Positions 56,078 through 64,000 of a stretch of DNA of 64,000 nucleotides are shown here, piece after piece (the stretch's first letter is position 1; each line of letters opens with the position of its first letter). Where the stretch lies: NCBI GenBank assembly GCA_963798915.1, contig CAWCVB010000002.1:352001-416000 (forward strand), in the 5' to 3' direction. The notes beneath the pieces are model-generated. The model was not told the DNA's origin, did no database searches, and saw only the letters and a program-made list of their open reading frames with translations. The DNA is from an uncultured Gemmatimonadales bacterium (GTDB taxonomy: Bacteria; Gemmatimonadota; Gemmatimonadetes; Gemmatimonadales; GWC2-71-9). A program made the translations under genes and the position numbers.

Positions 56078-56554
56078 TCAGCCTGGCTTCTGATAGGTCC
56101 CCATCAGTTGCGTCCGCCCCACCTCGTGCCCCGCCATGGCTCGCTCGAACTCCTTCCGGCCTGCCGCCGCGCCAAGGTCGGGCAGCATGATATCCAGGGC
56201 ATAGAGATGAAAGAAGTACCGGTGCCTGCCGATCGGCGGACAGGGGCCATGCCAGCCGCCCTCACGCTTGTAGTTCGCTCCGTCCCGCGCCTCCCCCTCC
56301 GGCGCCGAATTGCCCGCCCCCTCGGCGAGTTGCTGCACACCTGCCGGGATATTGTAGCGTATCCAATGGACCACCACGCGCTTGGGCGCCGCCGGATCCG
56401 GCGCATCCGGGTCGTCCACCAACAGGGCAAAGCTCGTCGTCCCCGCAGGAGCGTCGCTCCACTCGAGCGGTGGTGAAATGTCGTCGCCTTCGCAGGTGTA
56501 GCGGGAGGGAATCGGCTGTCCCTCTGCAAATGCGGATGAATGTATTTCGAACAT
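56078..56554 (-). CDS. YbhB/YbcL (PEBP) family protein
   Basis: SPPL.W, DPDAP, HW, GPCPP.G.HRY.F.LYALD. Confidence 0.93.
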   Translation of the reverse strand: MFEIHSSAFAEGQPIPSRYTCEGDDISPPLEWSDAPAGTTSFALLVDDPDAPDPAAPKRVVVHWIRYNIPAGVQQLAEGAGNSAPEGEARDGANYKREGGWHGPCPPIGRHRYFFHLYALDIMLPDLGAAAGRKEFERAMAGHEVGRTQLMGTYQKPG

Positions 56555-56576
56555 GATGGGTCTCCTTCCATGGGAT

Positions 56577-57518
56577 CTACTCCTCGCTCGGCTTCAACGC
56601 CGCCGCTCCCTCCGCCGGTTGCCACGGATGCGTTGGCTCAAAGGTTTTCCACAACAGCGCCGATACCTTTCGGAGCAGCACGTATCCCTGGTTGTCTGGT
56701 GCCCAGCTCGAATCGGCCAGTTGCCGGGTGATCACGCAGAAGACGTAGTCGCCCGAGGGTGCGTTCACCAGCACCACCTCCGACCGGGAGTGATCCACCG
56801 CGCCCTGCTTGGACGCCGCCTGCACCCAAGGCGGAATCTGCGACAGCGCTTCACCATTCCAGTAGCTCCGCGTGAGCGCACGGTACATCTCCTCACTCGC
56901 CGCCCGGCTCACGGCCTTGCCCTGTCGGATCATGGTGAGCAGGCGTGCCATCTCCCTGGGCGTGGTCTGGCCCCAGCCATATTGTTCCCAGTCGGGCTGC
57001 CGGCCTGGCGTCCGCGAGTTCATCCTGGTGTGCTCGAAGCCATGCTGTTCCAGCCACTGGTTGATGGTGACACCGGTACCCGCCATGGATTGCAGCCAGA
57101 GCGACGCGGTGTTGTCGCTCATCGTGAGCATGAGCATGACGAGCTCGGTCGGCGCAATGGTGGTGCTGTCCCGGAACGATCCAAGGATGTCCGCGCCGGC
57201 ATAGCGGAGCGAATCCGTGTACATCACCGGCTGGTGGAGGTCCACCTGGCCCCGGGCAACTGCGTCAAACAGGGTGACCAGGATCGGCACCTTGATCATG
57301 CTGGCAGTGGGAAACACGCTGTCGGCATTGAACGCCGCCGAGATGCCGCGCGTGAGGTGATGCACATAGATACCGACCTTGCCATCCACCTCGGCGGCCA
57401 GCGCGGCCAGTTGCCGTTCGAGCTTCGCGTCCCGACGCGGCGGCCGCTGCTGCGCATGGAGTGGGACGAGCGGAGCGAAGGTCGCAAGCAGGAACAGGGC
57501 GAGGGACGAACGGCGCAC
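56577..57518 (-). CDS. Class A beta-lactamase-related serine hydrolase
   Basis: ASMIK, SDN, KQG motifs; signal peptide. Confidence 0.85.
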   Translation of the reverse strand: MRRSSLALFLLATFAPLVPLHAQQRPPRRDAKLERQLAALAAEVDGKVGIYVHHLTRGISAAFNADSVFPTASMIKVPILVTLFDAVARGQVDLHQPVMYTDSLRYAGADILGSFRDSTTIAPTELVMLMLTMSDNTASLWLQSMAGTGVTINQWLEQHGFEHTRMNSRTPGRQPDWEQYGWGQTTPREMARLLTMIRQGKAVSRAASEEMYRALTRSYWNGEALSQIPPWVQAASKQGAVDHSRSEVVLVNAPSGDYVFCVITRQLADSSWAPDNQGYVLLRKVSALLWKTFEPTHPWQPAEGAAALKPSEE

Positions 57519-57647
57519 AGGGATCTCCCGGTGAGGTTCATTTATTTATTCTAACGTTGATCTGTCGCGAAACCCGGCGTCGCCAAGCTCCGTAGCGACT
57601 AGATGGTCCCGCCCGCCGGCGGTCGCAACCTCTTTCCCGGAATATGC

Positions 57648-60008
57648 ATGCATCTGTCACTGTTGCTCCTGCTGCAGAGCGCCACCGCATCGGCGAGCGT
57701 CGGCAGCGCTACCGCGCCCGCGCTCCACGGCGGACGGGCCGGCCAGGTCAATGTCGTGCCGCCCCGGATCGAGGCCGCTGTCACCACCGATGGCCGCCTG
57801 GATGAGCCGGTCTGGGCCCAGGCCGCGGTCCTTACCGACTTCTCTCAGTTCCTCCCGACCGACGGCATCCCAGCCGCCGACTCGACCACGGTCCTGGTCT
57901 GGTATTCACCCACGGCGCTGCATGTCGGCATTCGTGCCCGCGAGGCGCATGGCCAGCCGCAGGCCACGCTGGCTGACCGTGACCGGATCGGTTCGGACGA
58001 CTGGATCGAGCTCTTGATCGGCACCTTCAACGACGGCCGCACCGCCACGATGTTCGGCGTGAACCCGCTCGGTGTGCAGGCCGATGGCGCCCTGGTCGAG
58101 ACCGGCCAGAACAGCAGCACCTTCGGCTCGGCAGGCGCGGCGCGTGACCGCGCCGACCTCAGTCCCGACTACACCTGGCATTCACGCGGCCGGCTGGTGC
58201 CGGGCGGCTTCGAGGTCGAGATCGAGATTCCCTTCAAGAGTCTTCGGTTTCAACCGGCGGCATCCCAGACCTGGTCCTTTCAGGTCGTGCGCCACGTACA
58301 GCACTCCGGCTACGAGGACGTCTGGGCGCCCGCCCGCCGGGCCAGCGCGTCGTTCATTGGGCAGTCAGGCCAGCTGGAGCACCTGGAAGGGCTCCGGCGC
58401 GGGCTCGTGGTCGATGTCAATCCGGAGGTCACCGCCGCCTACTCCGGCGCCCGGCTTCCTGGCGGCGCATACCAGTACGGTGACGTGGAGCCTGACATCG
58501 GCGGCAGTCTCCGGTGGGGCGTCACCAACAACCTGACGCTGAACGGCGCCGCCAACCCTGATTTCAGTCAGGTGGAAAGCGATGCCGGCCAGCTCAACTT
58601 CGATCCCCGCAAGGCGCTCTTCTTCTCGGAGAAGCGGCCGTTCTTCCTGGACGGGATCGAGCAGTTCAACACACCGAACAACCTCATCTACACCCGGCGC
58701 ATTGTGCAGCCGATCGCCGCGGCCAAACTCACCGGCAAGACGCTCGGCGCCGACCTGGCGCTGCTCTCCGCGGTGGACGGCCGGGACGCCTCGGCTGCCG
58801 GCAGCAACCCGGTATTCAACATTCTCCGGGTGCAGAAGGGACTCGGCGGCGCGTCACGTGTCGGCGTGGCGTACACCGATTACGTCGATGGCGCCAACTA
58901 TAACCGGGTGGCTGACCTCGACGGTCGCATCGTCTTCGGCGGCGTCTATGCCGTCATCGCGCAGCTGGCGGCGAGCCGCACCCGGTCGAATGACGTGACC
59001 ACCACCGATCCGCTCTGGGCCCTGCGCTTCGATCGCAACGGTCAGCACTTCGGGTGGCGCACCACATTTTCCGGTATCGGGGACGAATTCACCACCCGGA
59101 GCGGCTTCATCGACCGAAACGGGATCGTGCATGCGATCGTCGCGCCGAACTACTCCTTCTATCCGAAGGAAGGTTCGCTGGTGCAGCGCGTCACCGCCGC
59201 CGTGACGCTGGATGGGACCTGGCAGTATCAGCGGTTCATCCATTCTGGCGGCATTCAGGACCGCAAGCTCCATTTCGACCTGAACTCCGCGCTCAGGGGC
59301 GGCTGGACGGTCGGAGGCGGCTGGTTCGTCGAGACCTTCGGCTATGACGAGGCGCTCTTCTCCAACTATTACCTGGGTGTGCCCGACGGCAGCGGCGGCA
59401 TCCGTTACCAGCCCTACGTGGGTCAGCCCAGGATTCCCAATAGCGAGTTCTACGTCACCATGACGACGCCCACCTGGAAGCACTTCGATGCCAATGTGCT
59501 CACGCTCTACGGTCACGACGAGAACTTCCCCGAGTGGGCGACGGCCAACCTGCTGGTGATTCAGGGCGGCATCAACGCCCGGCCTACCGAGCAGCTTCGG
59601 CTTGCATTCACCTACAACCACCAGCAGGTCAACCGCCGTACCGACGGCAGCGTGGTGCTGCTCAACCGGATTCCCCGCCTCAAGCTCGAATACCAGCTCG
59701 CCCGGCCGCTCTTCGTGCGCCTGGTCGGCGAGTATGCCATGAGCCAGCAGGACAGCCTGCGCGACAATTCCCGGACTGAGGCACCCATCTACTTCGGCGA
59801 CGGCAACGGCGGCTTCACCCGCGCCTCGGCCTTGCGACGAAATAATCTGCGAGCCGACCTGCTCCTGGCCTTCACACCGACACCCGGCACCGTGGTCTTC
59901 GCGGGCTATGGCAGCACCATGACCGAGCCCCGCGCATTCCGGTTCAGCCAGCTCGAGCGCCAGCGTGACAGCTTCTTTGCGAAAGTCAGTTATCTGTTCC
60001 GACTCTGA
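57648..60008 (+). CDS. CBM9-like / DUF5916 outer-membrane protein
   Basis: DGRLDEPVW, F.VNPLGVQ.D, IPFKSLRF, NPDFSQVESD, EKRPFFL; ends YLFRL. Confidence 0.85.
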   Translation: MHLSLLLLLQSATASASVGSATAPALHGGRAGQVNVVPPRIEAAVTTDGRLDEPVWAQAAVLTDFSQFLPTDGIPAADSTTVLVWYSPTALHVGIRAREAHGQPQATLADRDRIGSDDWIELLIGTFNDGRTATMFGVNPLGVQADGALVETGQNSSTFGSAGAARDRADLSPDYTWHSRGRLVPGGFEVEIEIPFKSLRFQPAASQTWSFQVVRHVQHSGYEDVWAPARRASASFIGQSGQLEHLEGLRRGLVVDVNPEVTAAYSGARLPGGAYQYGDVEPDIGGSLRWGVTNNLTLNGAANPDFSQVESDAGQLNFDPRKALFFSEKRPFFLDGIEQFNTPNNLIYTRRIVQPIAAAKLTGKTLGADLALLSAVDGRDASAAGSNPVFNILRVQKGLGGASRVGVAYTDYVDGANYNRVADLDGRIVFGGVYAVIAQLAASRTRSNDVTTTDPLWALRFDRNGQHFGWRTTFSGIGDEFTTRSGFIDRNGIVHAIVAPNYSFYPKEGSLVQRVTAAVTLDGTWQYQRFIHSGGIQDRKLHFDLNSALRGGWTVGGGWFVETFGYDEALFSNYYLGVPDGSGGIRYQPYVGQPRIPNSEFYVTMTTPTWKHFDANVLTLYGHDENFPEWATANLLVIQGGINARPTEQLRLAFTYNHQQVNRRTDGSVVLLNRIPRLKLEYQLARPLFVRLVGEYAMSQQDSLRDNSRTEAPIYFGDGNGGFTRASALRRNNLRADLLLAFTPTPGTVVFAGYGSTMTEPRAFRFSQLERQRDSFFAKVSYLFRL

Positions 60009-60011
60009 GAA

Positions 60012-60117
60012 TCTCGACTTTCGACTCTCGACCCGCGACCGACGACCGACGACCGTCGACCGTTGACCGTTGACCGTTGACCGTTGACCGTTGACCGTTG
60101 ACCGTCGACCGTCGACC
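60012..60117. repeat. Heptamer microsatellite (GACCGTT/GACCGTC/GACCGAC)n
   Basis: Visible directly. Confidence 0.9.
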
Positions 60118-60150
60118 TTTCCCCCTCCGCCTCTCATCGGAGCCGATGCC

Positions 60151-61710
60151 GTGATCCGCAGTTGCCTGCTTGCCGTGGGCACGGGGGTGTTCCTTGCGGG
60201 GACGCCGCTCGCCGCCCAGATGCCCCGGGACTTCGATCGCTTCGTCACCACCACCCTTACCAGATTCGAGACGCCTGCCATGGCCGTCGCCGTGGTGAAG
60301 GACGGCAAGGTGCTGGTCGCCAAGGGCTATGGGATCAGGAAGATGGGAGATCCCGCCCCGGCCGACAGTCACACCCGCTTCGGCATCGCGTCCAACACCA
60401 AGGCCTTCACAGCCCTGGCGCTGGGCCTGCTGGTCGAGGAGGGCAAAGTCGAGTGGGATGCGCCGGTCATCCGCTATCTGCCCTGGTTCCAGATGTGGGA
60501 TCCCTGGGTAACGCGTGAACTGACGGTGCGCGATCTCCTGGTGCATCGCAGCGGGCTCGGGCTTGGTGCGGGGGACCTGCTCTGGTGGCCGGCGTCTACC
60601 TACACGCGCGATTCGATTGCCCGCCGGCTTCGCTTCATTCCGCCGGTCCGGAGCTTCCGGAATGGTTATGCGTACGACAACGTACTCTATCTCGTCGCCG
60701 GCCAGATCATCGAAGCCGTGAGTGGTCAGAGCTGGGAGGACTTCATCACCGAGCGGCTGCTCAAGCCGGTGGGCATGGCGAACGCTACCGTTCATCATTC
60801 CGATGCGGGCGATCCGGCCGCAAACCAGGCGGCGACGCATGCCGTGGTGGATGGAAAGATGCAGCCGATTCCCCCTTTCCTGAGCGACAATACCAACCCG
60901 GCAGGTGGGATCAACGCCAGCGCCGAGGACATGGCGCATTGGCTCATCGCCCAACTTGACTCAGGCAAGGTGAATGGAAAGGTGTTGTGGAAGCCGGCCA
61001 CTACCCGCGCCCAGTGGTCACTGGTGACCCCGCTCAATCCGGGCCCGGCGCCCGCACCGATCGCTCCACGCAGCACCAACTTCAGCGGCTACGGGCTGGG
61101 ATTCTTCATTCAGGACTATCGCGGGATGAAGATCGTGACCCATACCGGCGGCCTGCCAGGTTACCTCTCGCGGGTCATCATGGTCCCGGAGAAGAACATC
61201 GGCGTGGCGGTGCTGGCCAACGCCGAGAGCATGGCGTTCGAGGTCATCGCATGGCAGGCGCTGGATGATGCGCTGGGTGCGCCCAGGTTTGACTGGGCGG
61301 GCGGCTATGCGACGCTGGCAGCGCGCAACGACTCGGCCAATGCCGCCGCTGAACAGAAGGCCGCCACCTCACGGGATTCGACGGCGGGCCCCGCGCTGCC
61401 GCTCAATCGCTACGCCGGCACCTACCGCGACAAATGGTATGGCGACGTGAATGTCGCCGTGCAGAATGGCAAGCTGGTGATGCAGTTCGCCCACACCCCG
61501 TCACTTCTGGGCGACCTGGCGCACTGGCAGTATGAAACTTTCCTGGTGCGCTGGCGTGATCGCTCGCTCCGGGCCGATGCATTCGTCACCTTCAACCTGG
61601 ACGCGGAAGGGAAGGTGGAGAGCGCGCGCATGATCCCCGCATCTCCGGCCGTGGATTTCAGCTATGACTTTCAGGATCTGGACCTGCAGCGAGTGCAGGA
61701 GAAGCGCTGA
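60151..61710 (+). CDS. Serine hydrolase (AmpC-like) with DUF3471
   Basis: ASNTK, YDN, HTGG; C-terminal YAGTY...YG. Confidence 0.9.
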   Translation: MIRSCLLAVGTGVFLAGTPLAAQMPRDFDRFVTTTLTRFETPAMAVAVVKDGKVLVAKGYGIRKMGDPAPADSHTRFGIASNTKAFTALALGLLVEEGKVEWDAPVIRYLPWFQMWDPWVTRELTVRDLLVHRSGLGLGAGDLLWWPASTYTRDSIARRLRFIPPVRSFRNGYAYDNVLYLVAGQIIEAVSGQSWEDFITERLLKPVGMANATVHHSDAGDPAANQAATHAVVDGKMQPIPPFLSDNTNPAGGINASAEDMAHWLIAQLDSGKVNGKVLWKPATTRAQWSLVTPLNPGPAPAPIAPRSTNFSGYGLGFFIQDYRGMKIVTHTGGLPGYLSRVIMVPEKNIGVAVLANAESMAFEVIAWQALDDALGAPRFDWAGGYATLAARNDSANAAAEQKAATSRDSTAGPALPLNRYAGTYRDKWYGDVNVAVQNGKLVMQFAHTPSLLGDLAHWQYETFLVRWRDRSLRADAFVTFNLDAEGKVESARMIPASPAVDFSYDFQDLDLQRVQEKR

Positions 61711-62351
61711 TGTCGCTGGCGGACATGCGTCGCGACTACATGGGCGAACCGCTCGAAGAAGCTGGCGCGCCGCCGGAGCCGATGGCGCTCTTCGACCGCT
61801 GGTTCACGGAAGCCGTGCAGGCGTCCGTGCGGGATGCCAATGCGATGACGCTGGCCACCGCTGATGCCAAGGGCGCGCCCAGTGCCCGCATCGTCCTGCT
61901 CAAGGGCGTGGAGGAGCGGGGCTTCGTTTTTTTCACCGACTACCGCAGCCGAAAGGCCGCGGAGCTCGAGGCGAATCCGCAGGCGGCGCTGGTGTTCTAC
62001 TGGCCCGAACTGGAACGGCAGGTGAGAGTCACGGGTCGCGCGTCACGGGTCTCGCGAGCCGAGACCGAGCAGTACTTCGCCACGCGCCCGCGCGGCAGCC
62101 AGGTCGGCGCCTGGGCCTCGACCCAGAGCAGCGTCATCCCCCAGCGCGCGACGCTCGACGATGCCGTCGCCAAGGTCACCAAGAAGTTCGATAACGCTGA
62201 CATCCCCGCGCCGCCGCACTGGGGTGGTTATCGTATCACGCCGGAATCAATCGAATTCTGGCAAGGCCGCCCGAGCCGCCTGCACGATCGGCTGCAGTAT
62301 GTGAAAGAAGGGGAGGCGAACGAGTGGCAGGTGAGGCGGCTCGCCCCTTGA
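61710..62351 (+). CDS. pdxH: Pyridoxamine 5'-phosphate oxidase
   Basis: AMTLAT, RIVLLK, SRK, RQVRV.G, EFWQGRPSRLHDR, RLAP. Confidence 0.96.
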   Translation: MSLADMRRDYMGEPLEEAGAPPEPMALFDRWFTEAVQASVRDANAMTLATADAKGAPSARIVLLKGVEERGFVFFTDYRSRKAAELEANPQAALVFYWPELERQVRVTGRASRVSRAETEQYFATRPRGSQVGAWASTQSSVIPQRATLDDAVAKVTKKFDNADIPAPPHWGGYRITPESIEFWQGRPSRLHDRLQYVKEGEANEWQVRRLAP

Positions 62352-62530
62352 CGCGACGGCAGCTGTATTAGCGAGCTCTGCTAAAGGCTCGGGTCATCCT
62401 TCGGCCATGCCCAATTCAGGCCTTGCGCCTCGGGGGGAAAAATGCTACCTAGCATTGAAGCCGATCAATCCAACATCAATGATCCATGTGCTGCTGGCAA
62501 TGGCGGTCAGCATTTGCACGCTCGAACTCC

Positions 62531-63665
62531 ATGATGAGGTGCACTCATACTACAGTCAGTCTCGCGAGGGGGAGCTGTCGCGATAGCCGGCGTAATCTTG
62601 CTCTCGTCCGTGCGGCTTGAGGCTCAAACCGTTGTTCACCCGAGCAGACCGGTCTGCTCGAACTGCCGAATCACCGTCCATCGAATCGCTCGCTTAGGAA
62701 CTAAAGACGGCGACGGCGCATTTCCAAATTTCCCTACTTCAATCGCTCAGGATTCCAAGGGTGACTTCGTGGTGGCAATGCATCAGCCGCCTGGTGAAGC
62801 CTTATGGCTATTTGACCGAGCTGGACAATTTGTGCGGCGGATTGGAAGGTCCGGCTCGGGGCCTGGCGAATATCGCGGGGCGCGGGTGGTGGTTATCACC
62901 GGCGGAGACACCATTCATGTCTTCGACGGCATACTGGCTCGCCAGACAGTTCTCGGACCGGATCTTAGGGTACTCAGGACGACGACAATCCCCCGGCGAA
63001 CGGCTGCCGCAGTTGAACTGCGTGGGGGCAAGTTCATCCTGAACGCGAATGTCACGGACGCAGACCGAATTGGCCTCACCTATCATGAATTCCGCCATAA
63101 CGGCGATTTTGTCGGCTCGTTTGGGAAATCAGGCCAGCGCGTCTCGCCTTTTCAACCTGTGGCGACCATCCGATGGATGGCCTCTGCCTCGGATGGCGGC
63201 TTCTGGGCCGTGCCTTGGGCGTATCGATACTCCATCGAGCACTGGACCAAAGATGTTGAGCTTGATCGTGTTATCGAGCCCCGGTTTTCATGGTACGAGC
63301 CCTACGACAGTCTCCAAACTCCCACTCCTACGCGGCCTCCGCAGCCGACGCTCTTTGGTGTATGGGAGGATCCTTCAGAGCACCTACTCTGGGTGCTCGC
63401 CCAAGCTGCGGATCCACGTTGGAAGGATGCGCTTGGTGCCCCCCGCGTCTTGGAGGGCTCTCGAGTGTTTCCGATCGAAGATCGTCAGGGTGCCTATGAC
63501 AGCATTCTGAGCGTCTTCGACGGCCGTAGCGGTGCACTGCTTGCGAATACTCGCTTGCCATTGACACTCGAACTGGTTGTACGACCAGGCGTTGTTGCAG
63601 GAGTTCGTGAGGACGGGTCTGGGAGAATCTTCGCGGATGTTTGGGCTGTTGGTCTTCAACGCTAG
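62531..63665 (+). CDS. Secreted beta-propeller (NHL/6-bladed-like) protein; probable +1 frameshift in the G-run near 62570
   Basis: C..C N-terminus, FDRAG.FVRRIGR.GSGPGEY; removing one G gives the signal peptide MMRCTHTTVSLARGAVAIAGVILLSSVRLEA. Confidence 0.7.
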
Positions 63666-63674
63666 GAGGAAGCG

Positions 63675-64000
63675 ATGAAAAGAATCGTGAATGCCACGGC
63701 AATCCGGTTGCTGGGATTGATGACTGCTGTCGTCGCACTCGCCGCGTTTGTTCATCGGCCGAACGTCGCTGCACGGGATTACGTAAGAAGCATCCATGGC
63801 GCTAGCTTCATGGTGCCTTCGAGTTGTGTTACGTGCTCGACGTGTGGGTTGAGCACTATCAGGCACGTGGCTGATTACGATGTCGATGGAGCTAACAAGA
63901 ATGCACACTCTTGGTGCATGGATTTCCCTCCCTGCAGTGGACATCCACTTTGCGGCGCGGCGGAAGTAGCTACCGAGCGCGCCCTGAAGGATGTGCTTTC
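63675..64000 (+). CDS. Secreted Cys/His-rich protein (3' partial)
   Basis: AGGAGG SD; MKRIVNATAIRLLGLMTAVVALAAF...CVTCSTC...H...HSWC..FPPCSGHPLC; open to the window end, absent from the ORF track. Confidence 0.7.
   Translation, partial: MKRIVNATAIRLLGLMTAVVALAAFVHRPNVAARDYVRSIHGASFMVPSSCVTCSTCGLSTIRHVADYDVDGANKNAHSWCMDFPPCSGHPLCGAAEVATERALKDVL

Noticed and set aside
56577..57518. True class A beta-lactamase resistance gene
   Set aside because: Lacks a recognisable omega-loop E166 (ExxLN) motif and has KQG instead of KTG; activity cannot be claimed
63825..63845. Radical SAM or heme-binding motif in the terminal ORF
   Set aside because: Spacing is CxxCxxC, not CxxxCxxC or CxxCH, and the protein appears secreted

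Overview
High-GC bacterial chromosomal segment. Gene content (many secreted peptidases and glycosidases, heptamer/octamer microsatellites, REP-like palindromes) suggests a Gemmatimonadota-like organism, which is inference. About 60 CDS, no rRNA, tRNA or CRISPR array. The top finding is a MerB (organomercurial lyase)-like gene (19686-20363, -) read through an in-frame UGA at the position of MerB's catalytic Cys159, followed by a SECIS-like hairpin with a GGUC loop. It is a probable selenoprotein in a non-mer operon (epimerase - MerB(U) - DUF6314). Other notable items: a Cyc2-like cytochrome-porin at the left edge; an integrase-less integron cassette with an attC carrying a decayed PD-(D/E)XK-like gene; an IS200/REP-associated Y1 transposase flanked by inverted double hairpins, with dispersed copies; several REP-like families; a series of genes shortened by internal deletions; an orphaned SoxR-type promoter; and a lower-GC beta-propeller plus Cys/His-rich secreted protein pair at the right edge. 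Several single-base frameshifts suggest indel errors in the assembly. All family assignments come from motif recognition by eye, not from database searches.
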